Source: an uncultured Gammaproteobacteria bacterium
Lineage (GTDB): Bacteria > Patescibacteriota > Microgenomatia > Levybacterales > GWA1-39-11
Direction: 5' to 3'
Length of the DNA: 63,289 bases
Assembly: GCA_964504535.1 (NCBI GenBank)
Contig: CAZDED010000009.1
Span: forward strand, 1-63,289
A program made the translations under genes and the position numbers. Shown here in pieces: positions 42,771-51,904 of this stretch. Positions within the stretch are counted from its first letter, which is position 1. Every line of letters starts with the position of its first letter. The notes beneath the pieces are model-generated. The model did not search any database and was not told where the DNA came from. It saw nothing but the letters and a program-made list of their open reading frames with translations.

Positions 42771-43907
42771 TTACGAAGCAACGAATGATTTTTGCATCAA
42801 AGCCTGAAATTGTATATCTAAATCTCCTGATTGTTTGAGCATTTTTTGTTTAAGTGATTCTGTTTTCTGAACTACATCAGAAAATTTTTTTTGTAAAACG
42901 ATCGGAATGTTTGGTATTGTTAAGTCTCTTATTGCATCTTTTCTTATAGTTTTTGTAACTGCTCCCTTTACCTTCTTTTGAATTATATCTTCACCATATT
43001 TAGAACGAAGAAGATAATACATAAATTGAGTATCAGTATATTCGTTGAATCTTAATAAGAAAGCGTTCATACCAAGTGAAACCGGCCTATTAAGTTTTGG
43101 CATCAAATAAACTTTGCCTGCACTTCCAATTTTGTTAATAATCATTTCACCCCCGTATACTTTTGATTTGTCTAAAAAATTATATGCGTGCTGGTCGATA
43201 TATTTAACATCTTTAATAAAGTTATTGCTTTCTAGGTCTGAGGTTCTAACCATAAGTGCATAATCGGGTTCTGAAAGCAATGTCACGTTTTTCTTAAGAG
43301 TTTCGTAACTACCGTTTGCGTGGTAGTCAGTCAAATTTAGAATGAACTTTCCTAAGTTTGAATATGTCCAATTCTTGTCATTTTTATGTAAGTCTCCGAA
43401 CATATCTAAAAAAACAGATCTTAAGTAATCATCTAGTAGGTTAAGTGATTCTTTTCGTTTTTGACGAATATAATCAACCTTATCAAACACTTCTACAATT
43501 CGTTTTTGATCATCAAGAGTCAACTTCGGAATGTCAATATTGTCTATGAATCCTTTTGAAATATGTTTCAGTCCAGCTCCTTTGAATCCTTGTTCTAAAA
43601 TCCATATATTACCAGACAGATAATAATAAATAAATTTTATATCGAATTTTTGAAAAAAATCAGACCTTAATTGCGCTACCAAGCAATCTGTTGAGACTGA
43701 AAAAGGATTTTCGCATAGATGAATGCTTGCGTTACCACCAGTTCCAAAAATTAGACTCGGCATGTTGAATTGGAAGGAATTGGAATATTTTGAAAGAGTT
43801 GGACTTGACGTAAAGAATGGATATGACCCTTCAGTTAATCCGTCCCCTGCTTTTATGTGCGATTTTTCTTGAAATTTCAGTATCTGCGAGAATTTTATGG
43901 AATCCAT
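42771..43907 (-). CDS. hsdS: Type I restriction-modification specificity subunit
   Basis: 378 aa with two target-recognition domains separated by a conserved helical spacer (LTLDDQKRIVEVFDKVDYIRQKRKESLNLLDDYLRSVF). Confidence 0.85.
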   Translation of the reverse strand: MDSIKFSQILKFQEKSHIKAGDGLTEGSYPFFTSSPTLSKYSNSFQFNMPSLIFGTGGNASIHLCENPFSVSTDCLVAQLRSDFFQKFDIKFIYYYLSGNIWILEQGFKGAGLKHISKGFIDNIDIPKLTLDDQKRIVEVFDKVDYIRQKRKESLNLLDDYLRSVFLDMFGDLHKNDKNWTYSNLGKFILNLTDYHANGSYETLKKNVTLLSEPDYALMVRTSDLESNNFIKDVKYIDQHAYNFLDKSKVYGGEMIINKIGSAGKVYLMPKLNRPVSLGMNAFLLRFNEYTDTQFMYYLLRSKYGEDIIQKKVKGAVTKTIRKDAIRDLTIPNIPIVLQKKFSDVVQKTESLKQKMLKQSGDLDIQFQALMQKSFVAS

Positions 43908-43909
43908 AT

Positions 43910-45427
43910 CTATGATTTTTTTAAATCACTAAGACCTGCAACAATTTCTCGTTCCAAAAGTTCAATTTTTTCTAAAATTAATTTTGGATCTTCATATTCC
44001 TCTTCAGTATGATCAGTCACTTTATAATGATTAATACTCAAATCAAGATTATCATTTTCAATCTCCTTTTTTTCAACATAGAAAAACTTACCCGAACGAT
44101 CATTATTCTTCTGTTCTTTTCTATGTTTCCATTTCTCAACAATATCTGGAATGTCATTTTCTTTTATTCTGCTTCGTTTGTCATCCAAACTATATCCATC
44201 TGCCTTCATGTCATAAAACCAAACTTTTTCTGTTTCTCCACCTTTAACAAAAATAAGAATCGCTGTGCTGACGCCCGCATAAGGCTTAAATACTCCACTA
44301 GGTAAGGATATAACTCCTTGAAGTTCACAATCATCTAACAACATTTTCCTTGCATGTCTATGAGCGTTACTTGAACCAAAAAGAACACCATCAGGGACAA
44401 TTACGCCTGCGCGCCCTCCGATTTTAAGTGATTTGATAATTCTATTTATAAAAAGAAGCTCGGTTTTGGTTGTCGCAAGTGAAAGTGACTCATTGATATC
44501 TCCCTTATCAATACTTCCTTTAAAAGGCGGGTTTGCCATAATGACATCAAAATGATTATCATCTTCATGCTTTTTAGAGAGAGTGTCCTTTTGTTCGATG
44601 TTTGGGCTGGATATTCCGTGCATCATTAAATTCATGAGTCCAATTCGCACCATGCTGTCATCCATATCGTACCCGTAAAATGTTTTTTCTTTTAGTTGTT
44701 TCCATTGTCTTTCATCGGTAAGTTTATCTCCTACCAACCCTCGAGTAAGTCCGTTTTCATCAATTTGTTGGTGCTCTTTACTTGTATGTTGAGTAAGAAT
44801 GTGTTGGTAGGCTCCAAGCAAGAATCCTCCCGTTCCACACGCTGGATCACAAATCGTATCACCAAGTTTTGGATCAACTAATTCGCAAATGAGCTGAATT
44901 ATGTGTCTGGGAGTACGAAATTGACCAAGTTTTCCGGCACTCGTTATCTCTGAAAGTAGATACTCGTATAAATCTCCTTGTGTATCTTGAAAGCCTTGAC
45001 CTGCAGATTCTTGCTTTGATATTTCTTCAAAAATTTCATCAATGATGTTTACTGCTTCAACTAATAGGGAAGGCTTTGAAATAATAAAAACAGCGTTACC
45101 CATATGCTTTGCAAAATGGCTTTCCTCATCTCCCAATGTTTTTAAGAAAGGGAAAACTTTGGTTTGAATATGTGTCAACATCTCTCCACCTTCCATATGG
45201 CGGAAATGACTCCATCTCAAAGCATCATTTTCTCCATTAAATATTGACTTATAAGCCTCTCCTGTAAATTTGGCATCTTGTCTTTTTTTAATATCAAATT
45301 GATCAAGCCTTTTCATAAAAAGAAGATATGATATTTGCTCAATTGCTGTTAGAGGGTTTGATATGCCACCGCTCCAGAATTTATCCCAAAGACGGTCGAT
45401 TGATGATTTAATTTTTGTATTAAGCAT
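43910..45427 (-). CDS. hsdM: Type I restriction-modification N6-adenine DNA methyltransferase subunit
   Basis: HsdM_N (SIDRLWDKFWSGGISNPLTAIEQISYLLFMKRL), motif I (DPACGTGGFL) and motif IV (NPPF). The start at ATG 45427 overlaps the hsdR stop by 8 nt; the track start is 45481. Confidence 0.92.
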   Translation of the reverse strand: MLNTKIKSSIDRLWDKFWSGGISNPLTAIEQISYLLFMKRLDQFDIKKRQDAKFTGEAYKSIFNGENDALRWSHFRHMEGGEMLTHIQTKVFPFLKTLGDEESHFAKHMGNAVFIISKPSLLVEAVNIIDEIFEEISKQESAGQGFQDTQGDLYEYLLSEITSAGKLGQFRTPRHIIQLICELVDPKLGDTICDPACGTGGFLLGAYQHILTQHTSKEHQQIDENGLTRGLVGDKLTDERQWKQLKEKTFYGYDMDDSMVRIGLMNLMMHGISSPNIEQKDTLSKKHEDDNHFDVIMANPPFKGSIDKGDINESLSLATTKTELLFINRIIKSLKIGGRAGVIVPDGVLFGSSNAHRHARKMLLDDCELQGVISLPSGVFKPYAGVSTAILIFVKGGETEKVWFYDMKADGYSLDDKRSRIKENDIPDIVEKWKHRKEQKNNDRSGKFFYVEKKEIENDNLDLSINHYKVTDHTEEEYEDPKLILEKIELLEREIVAGLSDLKKS

Positions 45428-48230
45428 ATTGGAATATATGGTCTGTAAATTGAAGTATTTCTTTTTGCATAGGCGAATCAAATAAACCTAAGAAACCGTT
45501 TGCATGAAGCTTTGTAAATGGTTCTTGAACCAAGTCCTTTTTCGTAAGCTCACCGTTTTCAACAATAAAGGTTTGTAGGGTATGCAAAAACTGTATTTGC
45601 TTTGCTGAAAGAGTGTTGTGTGTTGCAATAAACTCAGCAAAAGCCTCAGACACTTTCTCAGGAAAAGTGATCAAACCCCCAATTCCCATTATGTGCCTAA
45701 TAAGATCTAGAAAACTTACCTTACGCGCATCATAAGCCTTTTGAAGATTTTCTTCAGTTGGGTAGGGCTCATATTCCTGTAAAGTAGTTGCAAGTTCCTC
45801 AACCTCTTCGCTTGTTATGCTTTCCCCTTGCTTTATCTTCTGTAAAATTTCATTTTCATCTTCAAGCTTTTTTATGAGAGCTTCAACTTTTTCTCTGTAT
45901 TTTTGAATTGTTATACGCTCATTTGCAGGACCGAACTTAATATATTCTTTTTCTAAGGTTAAATCTCTCAAGTTGAGTGAGTCCTGGTCAGGCTTGATAC
46001 CTTCCTCACGGTATTTCATTAAAGGCGCAATCCTTTCTATCAAAATGTCTAAATCTTTCTCATCGGCAATTGTTAAATAGCCACTATGTAATACTGCTTC
46101 GATAAGATCCTTTTCTTTAGCAACTACATTAACCGTTAATGGAAGATCTGAAACCATTTCAATAATAACCTCTTCGAGAGTCTGAACTTTCTTATCCTGT
46201 TTTTCAGTATCTGAAAGTTTTGCGATAGAATACTGAAGAACCTTTAGTTCAAAACTCATCGCTTTATAATCCTCACCAGTTCTAGTTCTCATTAGTGGTG
46301 CAATCTCTTTTTGAAGATATTGCTTTTTTTCATCATTTAGTTTTTGCCAGAAGGTATCGTTTACAACTTCTAATTTAGTCTTTGCATCTAAAATTACCAC
46401 GTTATTTTGTGGAAGCTTTTCTATATCACTTTTAAGTTTTTTAATTGTATTTTGAACAACAAATTCATTGCCAACAGTTTCTGCAGAGTTCAGTTTTTCT
46501 AACTTTACTTCAAAAAGTCTTACCGGTATTGGTTTTGTAGGTCTTTCTGTTTTTCCCGTAGGATTCATTTCGAAATACTCAAAATTATCCCAACAATCCA
46601 TGATTAAAAACTTATCTTTTTCTTTACACCAGGGTTTCATTTTCTTAGGTTCCAGAAGTCTTGTTCCTCGACCAATCATTTGCCAGAATTTTGTATACGA
46701 AAATACGGGCTTCGCAAAAACTAGATTTACAACCTCACGCACATCAATACCTGTATCAAGCATGTCAACGCTTATGGCAACTCTTGGAAAATCATTATTA
46801 ATAAACTGATCTAACAACCCTCCTTTTCCATAAACACGAGGGTCATCCGAAACAATAACTTTAGCAAGATTACCTTTGTGTTCTGGATACAGATCATCAA
46901 ATACTTCCTGCAAGCGTCTTGCATGTTTCATTGTCATTGCAAAAAATATGGTTTTTCCGGGCAAAGTTCCGCTCTCATCCTTAATGCATTCTTCCATAAA
47001 TTCTTGGACAATTAATGCGTTTGTCCCTTTATTGGTAACCTTCTTTTCAAGATCAGTTCCTTCGTAATTTATCTCTTCGGGCTCTTTCCCGTCGGCTAAA
47101 AGCTTTTGTTGCTCAGCAAGAGAAATATTTTGCTTATGAATTCCTTCTTTTTGGAATTTAGTTTTAATTCTTAAGACTTCATAATCACAAAGATAGGGTG
47201 GTTTGTGATTTATTGCTTCCTCATAAGAATAGGCATACGTTGGAAGACCATCTTCGCATTCAAACAAGCTAAATGTATTATGCTCAACAACATCTTTTGG
47301 AGTTGCAGTAAGACCTAATTGAACACAATCAAAATAATCAAAAATGTTTTTATAAACGTTATAAATTGATCTATGACTTTCATCTGCAACGATCATGTCA
47401 AAGAAGTGAGGGCTTATAGGACAATCTTTATTCTCAATAATATTTAGCATCGTTGGGTAAGTAGTTACATAAACACGTCTGTCTGTAGCTATTTCTGTTT
47501 CTCCAATTTTTGGCCACACAGGGGCGTTTGGTAAAAATTCTTTAAACGCATCTAGGGCTTGGTTTCTTAGGGCTATTCTATCTACTAAAAATAACACTCT
47601 TTGCACTCTGTTGGTTCTCATAAGCACATCAAGCATCGATACGCAGGTTCTTGTTTTTCCAGTACCCGTAGCCATTACAACCAACGCTTTTCTGTGTCCT
47701 TTTTCAAGACTTTCTAGAACTGATCTGATTGCCTCAATTTGGTAAGGTCTGCCGGAAATATCACGATCAATAAGTTCTTGTGAAATTGGTTTTGCATTTT
47801 TTCTAAGGAAAAGGAGTCTTTCTAAATCTTTTCTTGTTGGGAATCCATAAACTTTTCGTGGAGGAGTTTTCTCGGTGTCCCAAAAATAAATATCGTGTCC
47901 ATTTGTATAGAATACAAACGGCATGTCTTTACCTGAGTTTTTTTGAATGTTTTCTGCGTATTGTCTTGCTTGTTCTTGACCTATGCGAGCGTCTTTGGAT
48001 GTCTTTTTAGCTTCAACAACCGCTAACGGATAACCATCTTCACCCAAAAGTGCATAATCAGCATATTGAAAACCTTGATGTTCATGTTCTGGTTCCTTAA
48101 CTCCTTCCGGTAATCCAATCCATATATCTAACTCTGAAGTAACCTGAGAGGGATCGTTTACATTCCAGCCAGCTTTTAATAGGCGAAGGTCTATTATTTC
48201 CTGACGTGTTGATGCTTCGCTTTGACTCAT
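45420..48230 (-). CDS. hsdR: Type I restriction enzyme R subunit (EcoEI-like C-terminal domain)
   Basis: 936 aa with an N-terminal nuclease region, helicase motifs (MATGTGKT, DESH) and the C-terminal LSAKQIQFLHTLQTFIVENGELTKKDL. Confidence 0.92.
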   Translation of the reverse strand: MSQSEASTRQEIIDLRLLKAGWNVNDPSQVTSELDIWIGLPEGVKEPEHEHQGFQYADYALLGEDGYPLAVVEAKKTSKDARIGQEQARQYAENIQKNSGKDMPFVFYTNGHDIYFWDTEKTPPRKVYGFPTRKDLERLLFLRKNAKPISQELIDRDISGRPYQIEAIRSVLESLEKGHRKALVVMATGTGKTRTCVSMLDVLMRTNRVQRVLFLVDRIALRNQALDAFKEFLPNAPVWPKIGETEIATDRRVYVTTYPTMLNIIENKDCPISPHFFDMIVADESHRSIYNVYKNIFDYFDCVQLGLTATPKDVVEHNTFSLFECEDGLPTYAYSYEEAINHKPPYLCDYEVLRIKTKFQKEGIHKQNISLAEQQKLLADGKEPEEINYEGTDLEKKVTNKGTNALIVQEFMEECIKDESGTLPGKTIFFAMTMKHARRLQEVFDDLYPEHKGNLAKVIVSDDPRVYGKGGLLDQFINNDFPRVAISVDMLDTGIDVREVVNLVFAKPVFSYTKFWQMIGRGTRLLEPKKMKPWCKEKDKFLIMDCWDNFEYFEMNPTGKTERPTKPIPVRLFEVKLEKLNSAETVGNEFVVQNTIKKLKSDIEKLPQNNVVILDAKTKLEVVNDTFWQKLNDEKKQYLQKEIAPLMRTRTGEDYKAMSFELKVLQYSIAKLSDTEKQDKKVQTLEEVIIEMVSDLPLTVNVVAKEKDLIEAVLHSGYLTIADEKDLDILIERIAPLMKYREEGIKPDQDSLNLRDLTLEKEYIKFGPANERITIQKYREKVEALIKKLEDENEILQKIKQGESITSEEVEELATTLQEYEPYPTEENLQKAYDARKVSFLDLIRHIMGIGGLITFPEKVSEAFAEFIATHNTLSAKQIQFLHTLQTFIVENGELTKKDLVQEPFTKLHANGFLGLFDSPMQKEILQFTDHIFQYA

Positions 48231-48239
48231 AATTTAACT

Positions 48240-48248
48240 ATTTTAGCA
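48240..48248 (-). promoter_or_regulatory. Extended -10 element TGCTAAAAT about 9 nt upstream of the hsdR ATG
   Basis: The minus strand reads ...TTTGTGCTAAAATAGTTAAATTATG, which implies a leaderless or near-leaderless mRNA. Confidence 0.35.
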
Positions 48249-48279
48249 CAAAGCCAGCAATATTGATAATAGTTTGAGG

Positions 48280-48663
48280 CTAGTTCGATTTTTTCGTTTT
48301 TTCCTTCTGTTCCTTATCTTCAAGTTTTTTTGAGAGTTCTTCTAGTTGGTCTCTGGTTATAAGTACTTTGCTTGGCACAGACCCGACATAAGGCTCTATT
48401 ATTCCATTTTCAGAGAGAGCTTCCATAAGTCTCATTGCTCTATTAAAACCGATCTGCATTCTTCGTTGAAGTAATGACGCTGATACACGATCATGTTGCA
48501 AGGTAATCGTTACTGCTTTGTCATACAATTCGTCTTGGCTACCATCAATATTTGCTTCTTCAAATGCTTCTTCGAAAGACTGTTGATTGGTTAAAAAATT
48601 TTCAATAATTTTAATACGCTTTTCAAGCTCTTTTATTTTTTTTAATAACTCATCATTACTCAT
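48280..48663 (-). CDS. Stand-alone FtsK-gamma (winged-helix, KOPS-binding type) domain protein
   Basis: ELYDKAVTITLQHDRVSASLLQRRMQIGFNRAMRLMEALSENGIIEP is a clear FtsK_gamma signature, preceded by a coiled-coil. The start is placed at ATG 48663 (MSNDELL...); the track start is 48873. Confidence 0.65.
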   Translation of the reverse strand: MSNDELLKKIKELEKRIKIIENFLTNQQSFEEAFEEANIDGSQDELYDKAVTITLQHDRVSASLLQRRMQIGFNRAMRLMEALSENGIIEPYVGSVPSKVLITRDQLEELSKKLEDKEQKEKTKKSN

Positions 48664-48709
48664 ATTGAAATTGTACCACCAAAAAAATAAATAAGGGTAT
48701 AATTTATCT

Positions 48710-49432
48710 GTGATACGAAAACTTAAGAATTTATTTACTGATATTATTAGCGACTTTACCTCCTGTAAAAACAGGGCTGTATATCTTCTATCATTTTCTC
48801 CAATCAACAAGAAGTTTCTTTTTGCTACATTAATTGCCATATTCTTATTTACCATCTTCCGGTCTTCAAGCAAATATGAATTTTATCTTTATTTTTTAGA
48901 AATTATGTTTGTTAGTCTTATTACATTCATTATTTTTGTACAGTCTGATACTTACTGGTTTTTAAGAAAGAAGGCGTGGAGTTTTAAGCTTGTCGTTAAA
49001 AACAGGAAGAGCATACAAACCACAATCAAAAAAATTAAAGAACTTAAACTTGAGAAAGAGAAAAATCCAAGCGGTGCAATATATGTTACTGCATATAACG
49101 ATTTGGTAGGATATAAACCTCATGCACGAAGACTTGAAATAGAAATTATAATTTTACTTGCAATTCTTTTTTTCACTTTCCCACCATTCTTTATTTTCAA
49201 TCTTGCCCTTTTCTGCATGATGTTTTTTTATGTAACGTTTTATGAAAGCCAAGCCCCAACCTATGTATGGCAAGATATAATGACTCTGACAAATAGCGTT
49301 AAGTCTTTATATGAAGATGATCCAGAAAACTGCAGAAAATTTATCCTTGAAAATGATTCACTATATGTTCGCGAGCTTGGCAATATTTATAGAACTGTAA
49401 GAAATTATAAAAGCAATATCTTTAATCATTAA
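48710..49432 (+). CDS. Hypothetical multi-TM membrane protein
   Basis: 240-aa ORF divergent from the FtsK-gamma gene. The start is uncertain. Confidence 0.4.
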   Translation: MIRKLKNLFTDIISDFTSCKNRAVYLLSFSPINKKFLFATLIAIFLFTIFRSSSKYEFYLYFLEIMFVSLITFIIFVQSDTYWFLRKKAWSFKLVVKNRKSIQTTIKKIKELKLEKEKNPSGAIYVTAYNDLVGYKPHARRLEIEIIILLAILFFTFPPFFIFNLALFCMMFFYVTFYESQAPTYVWQDIMTLTNSVKSLYEDDPENCRKFILENDSLYVRELGNIYRTVRNYKSNIFNH

Positions 49433-49433
49433 T

Positions 49434-49907
49434 TTACGTTTCTAGCATTGTTAATATTGCTTCTTTTCTGTCTTTAAGCATGAATCCCATTTTTTTATGT
49501 AATTTCATCGAGTTCGGATTATCGGTATTAATAAGTGCCTCTATTTTTTCAACTTTTTTTTGTTTAGCAATTGAAATTAATTTCTCATAGAGCAATTGCC
49601 CTATGCCTTGGCCCTGAAATTCCGGATCAATTGCAATATGGTTTACATAAATAGAATCTTTAAAGGGAGAGTTTTCATAAGCAAAAAGAAATCCAACAAT
49701 ATTATTCTCAACATAGGCAACCAACGAGAATCCAGAATCCACGTACGCTTTAAAATCTTCTTTTCTCGAAACCAAACATTCCGTTTTTTTCTTGGATGAA
49801 AGATTCTTCCATTTTTTACCTAAATATTGTATTTGAGTCAATTCATCCACTTCATGTACACCCTTATAATCCTCTTGTTGAACGGGCTTGACCTTAATTT
49901 GTTGCAT
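49434..49907 (-). CDS. GNAT-family N-acetyltransferase
   Basis: HIAIDPEFQGQGIGQLLYEKLI is the acetyl-CoA binding motif A. The start is placed at ATG 49907 (MQQIKV...); the track start is 50045. Confidence 0.75.
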   Translation of the reverse strand: MQQIKVKPVQQEDYKGVHEVDELTQIQYLGKKWKNLSSKKKTECLVSRKEDFKAYVDSGFSLVAYVENNIVGFLFAYENSPFKDSIYVNHIAIDPEFQGQGIGQLLYEKLISIAKQKKVEKIEALINTDNPNSMKLHKKMGFMLKDRKEAILTMLET

Positions 49908-49963
49908 AAAGCGATTATACATCAACTCGTTCCGAAACAAGAAATAATTGTTATAATGACTGG

Positions 49964-50713
49964 ATGAACGGAAAGTTTTACGACAAAGTAGCAAGAAAAT
50001 TTGGAAGCTATTCAAGGTCAATTGCAACCCTTGATGAATATTCAACTCAAGATCCTGAGAAAGTGTTTAAGGAAATGTTAATTAAAATAGGCGGAAAAAA
50101 TAAAAATGCTCTTGATATAGGGTGTGCTGACGGTAATTTTACAATAAAGGTATCAAAATATTTTAAAAACATTACGGGAATTGACATATCTAAAGAAATG
50201 TTGAAAGTTGCTCGTAAAAATCAAGAAACGGCAGGAAATCATAATGTAACATTCCTAAAACAGAGTGTTTTTAGGAACAATTTACAGCCTGAATCATTCG
50301 ATATAATTTATAACCGTCGAGGGCCCACAAATTATCCTTCATTTTATTCATTGCTTAAAACAGGTGGTTATTATCTTGAAATCGGAATTGGGGAAAACGA
50401 TTGCAGGAAAATAAAGGAAATTTTTGGAAGAGGCCAAGGTTATAAAAAATGGGGCAGAAGTACTTTACAAAAGGATATAAAAGAGTTAAAAAAAATTGGC
50501 TTTAAGATCGTTATGTCGGAGGACTATTTTTATAATGAATATTACCCTTCTTATAATGAGCTCGACGTTTTTTTACAGGGGGTACCAATTTTTGAAGATT
50601 TTGATTCTTCAAAAGATAAGAAATTTTTACAGCAATATCAAATAAAGTTCCAGGATAAAAAGGGGATTAAATTACCACGTCATAGAATCGTTATTCTTGC
50701 AAAAAAAGTATAA
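49964..50713 (+). CDS. Class I SAM-dependent methyltransferase
   Basis: Motif I: ALDIGCADGNFT. Confidence 0.75.
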   Translation: MNGKFYDKVARKFGSYSRSIATLDEYSTQDPEKVFKEMLIKIGGKNKNALDIGCADGNFTIKVSKYFKNITGIDISKEMLKVARKNQETAGNHNVTFLKQSVFRNNLQPESFDIIYNRRGPTNYPSFYSLLKTGGYYLEIGIGENDCRKIKEIFGRGQGYKKWGRSTLQKDIKELKKIGFKIVMSEDYFYNEYYPSYNELDVFLQGVPIFEDFDSSKDKKFLQQYQIKFQDKKGIKLPRHRIVILAKKV

Positions 50714-50715
50714 AT

Positions 50716-51759
50716 TTATCTATCTTTTCCTCTTAATACAAGCGAAAGAGTTCTTAGCTCTGAATTATTTAACTTATCAAACGGTTTTCCAAGTATATCG
50801 GAGGGGATTCCAAACCCGTCAACAATAGCTCTTTCCCCAACTCTCAAAAGGCGCGCCCTACTGTTTGAACGATCGTCATTTACCTCAATTCTACCAAATT
50901 CGTTGTATTCTCTTGCAGCCTGTTTTAAATCGAAATTTGCGCTTCTTCTTATTACCTTGCGCCTTTCTTTTTTAGTGCGTGTACCTAAATTTTGCTGTTC
51001 AGTAAATTCTGTTAAACCTTCTTTCATACAATTTCTAACAAGCGGGCTTTTATTTGAAGTTAAAAAAAGTTTTCTCAATAAGAAGTCTCTCATATTGGGA
51101 GGCCCTTCCTTAGGGGAAAGACGAATTATAGATGATTCTGTTCTTGGAGGAGGAAGAAAACTGTCTCTTCCTAATTCCATTAGAACATCTATATCAAAGA
51201 ATGATTGAGCAAGGAGTGTTAATTTTCCAAAGCCAAGACTGTCTTCGTTTTGTGCTTGAATTGATTCGGCTAATTTTCTTCCTACAACCATTGTTGCACT
51301 TTCAATATCAAGTTCCGCTATGCGACGCATAAACGGTTCGGTTATGTGATAAGGGATACTGGCAATAATCTGTGTATCATTTTCGTCTTCTTTTGCAACA
51401 AAATCTTGCAATCTAAGTGCAAGAGCATCCCCATAAACCACATGTAAATTTGAATATCGATTTGAAATTTCAGATAAAATAGGTTCATATCTTCTGTCTA
51501 TTTCTATTGCAACAACTTTAGTTGCGTTTTTAGCTAATGCTTCCGTTAATTGTCCGATTCCGGCACCGACTTCAAGAACTTTATTTCCGGGACTTATTGA
51601 ATGGGTTAGCAAATTTATGGCTTTGTCATCAATTAAAAAATGCTGTCCTAGATTTTCATTTGGTACAATGTCTAACGATTCAATACGACCCAGAACTACT
51701 TGTTTCAGCAGCATTGAATTATCCGGCGTCTGTTGGTTTAAGCTTTCTATTCTATTCAT
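50716..51759 (-). CDS. rRNA adenine N6-dimethyltransferase family protein (KsgA/Erm fold) with a C-terminal extension of roughly 90 aa
   Basis: LGQHFLID (QNFL-like), LEVGAGIGQLTE and IIASIPYHITEPF (NIPY-like). At 347 aa it is longer than my recalled 260-290 aa for KsgA/Erm. Confidence 0.75.
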   Translation of the reverse strand: MNRIESLNQQTPDNSMLLKQVVLGRIESLDIVPNENLGQHFLIDDKAINLLTHSISPGNKVLEVGAGIGQLTEALAKNATKVVAIEIDRRYEPILSEISNRYSNLHVVYGDALALRLQDFVAKEDENDTQIIASIPYHITEPFMRRIAELDIESATMVVGRKLAESIQAQNEDSLGFGKLTLLAQSFFDIDVLMELGRDSFLPPPRTESSIIRLSPKEGPPNMRDFLLRKLFLTSNKSPLVRNCMKEGLTEFTEQQNLGTRTKKERRKVIRRSANFDLKQAAREYNEFGRIEVNDDRSNSRARLLRVGERAIVDGFGIPSDILGKPFDKLNNSELRTLSLVLRGKDR

Positions 51760-51904
51760 GGTAAAATTTATTTTCTAAAAATAAATAGGCCTATATTATA
51801 CTATTCGTGAGTAAATAACGCAATTATAAAAGAGGGGTATCAAATATAGTTTTTTCTATATGGTTGTTACGGTTTAATTAAATTAAAACAAACAGATTAA
51901 TCGG

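Noticed and set aside
45428-45481. N-terminal extensions given by the ORF track for hsdM and similar genes (42730-42765, 48664-48873, 49908-50045, 39258-39338, 61635-61691, 2757-2819)
   Set aside because: The extensions overlap upstream genes or lack conserved sequence. Internal ATGs coincide with family-typical N-termini, SDs or ATGA-type stop/start overlaps, so the shorter models were preferred.
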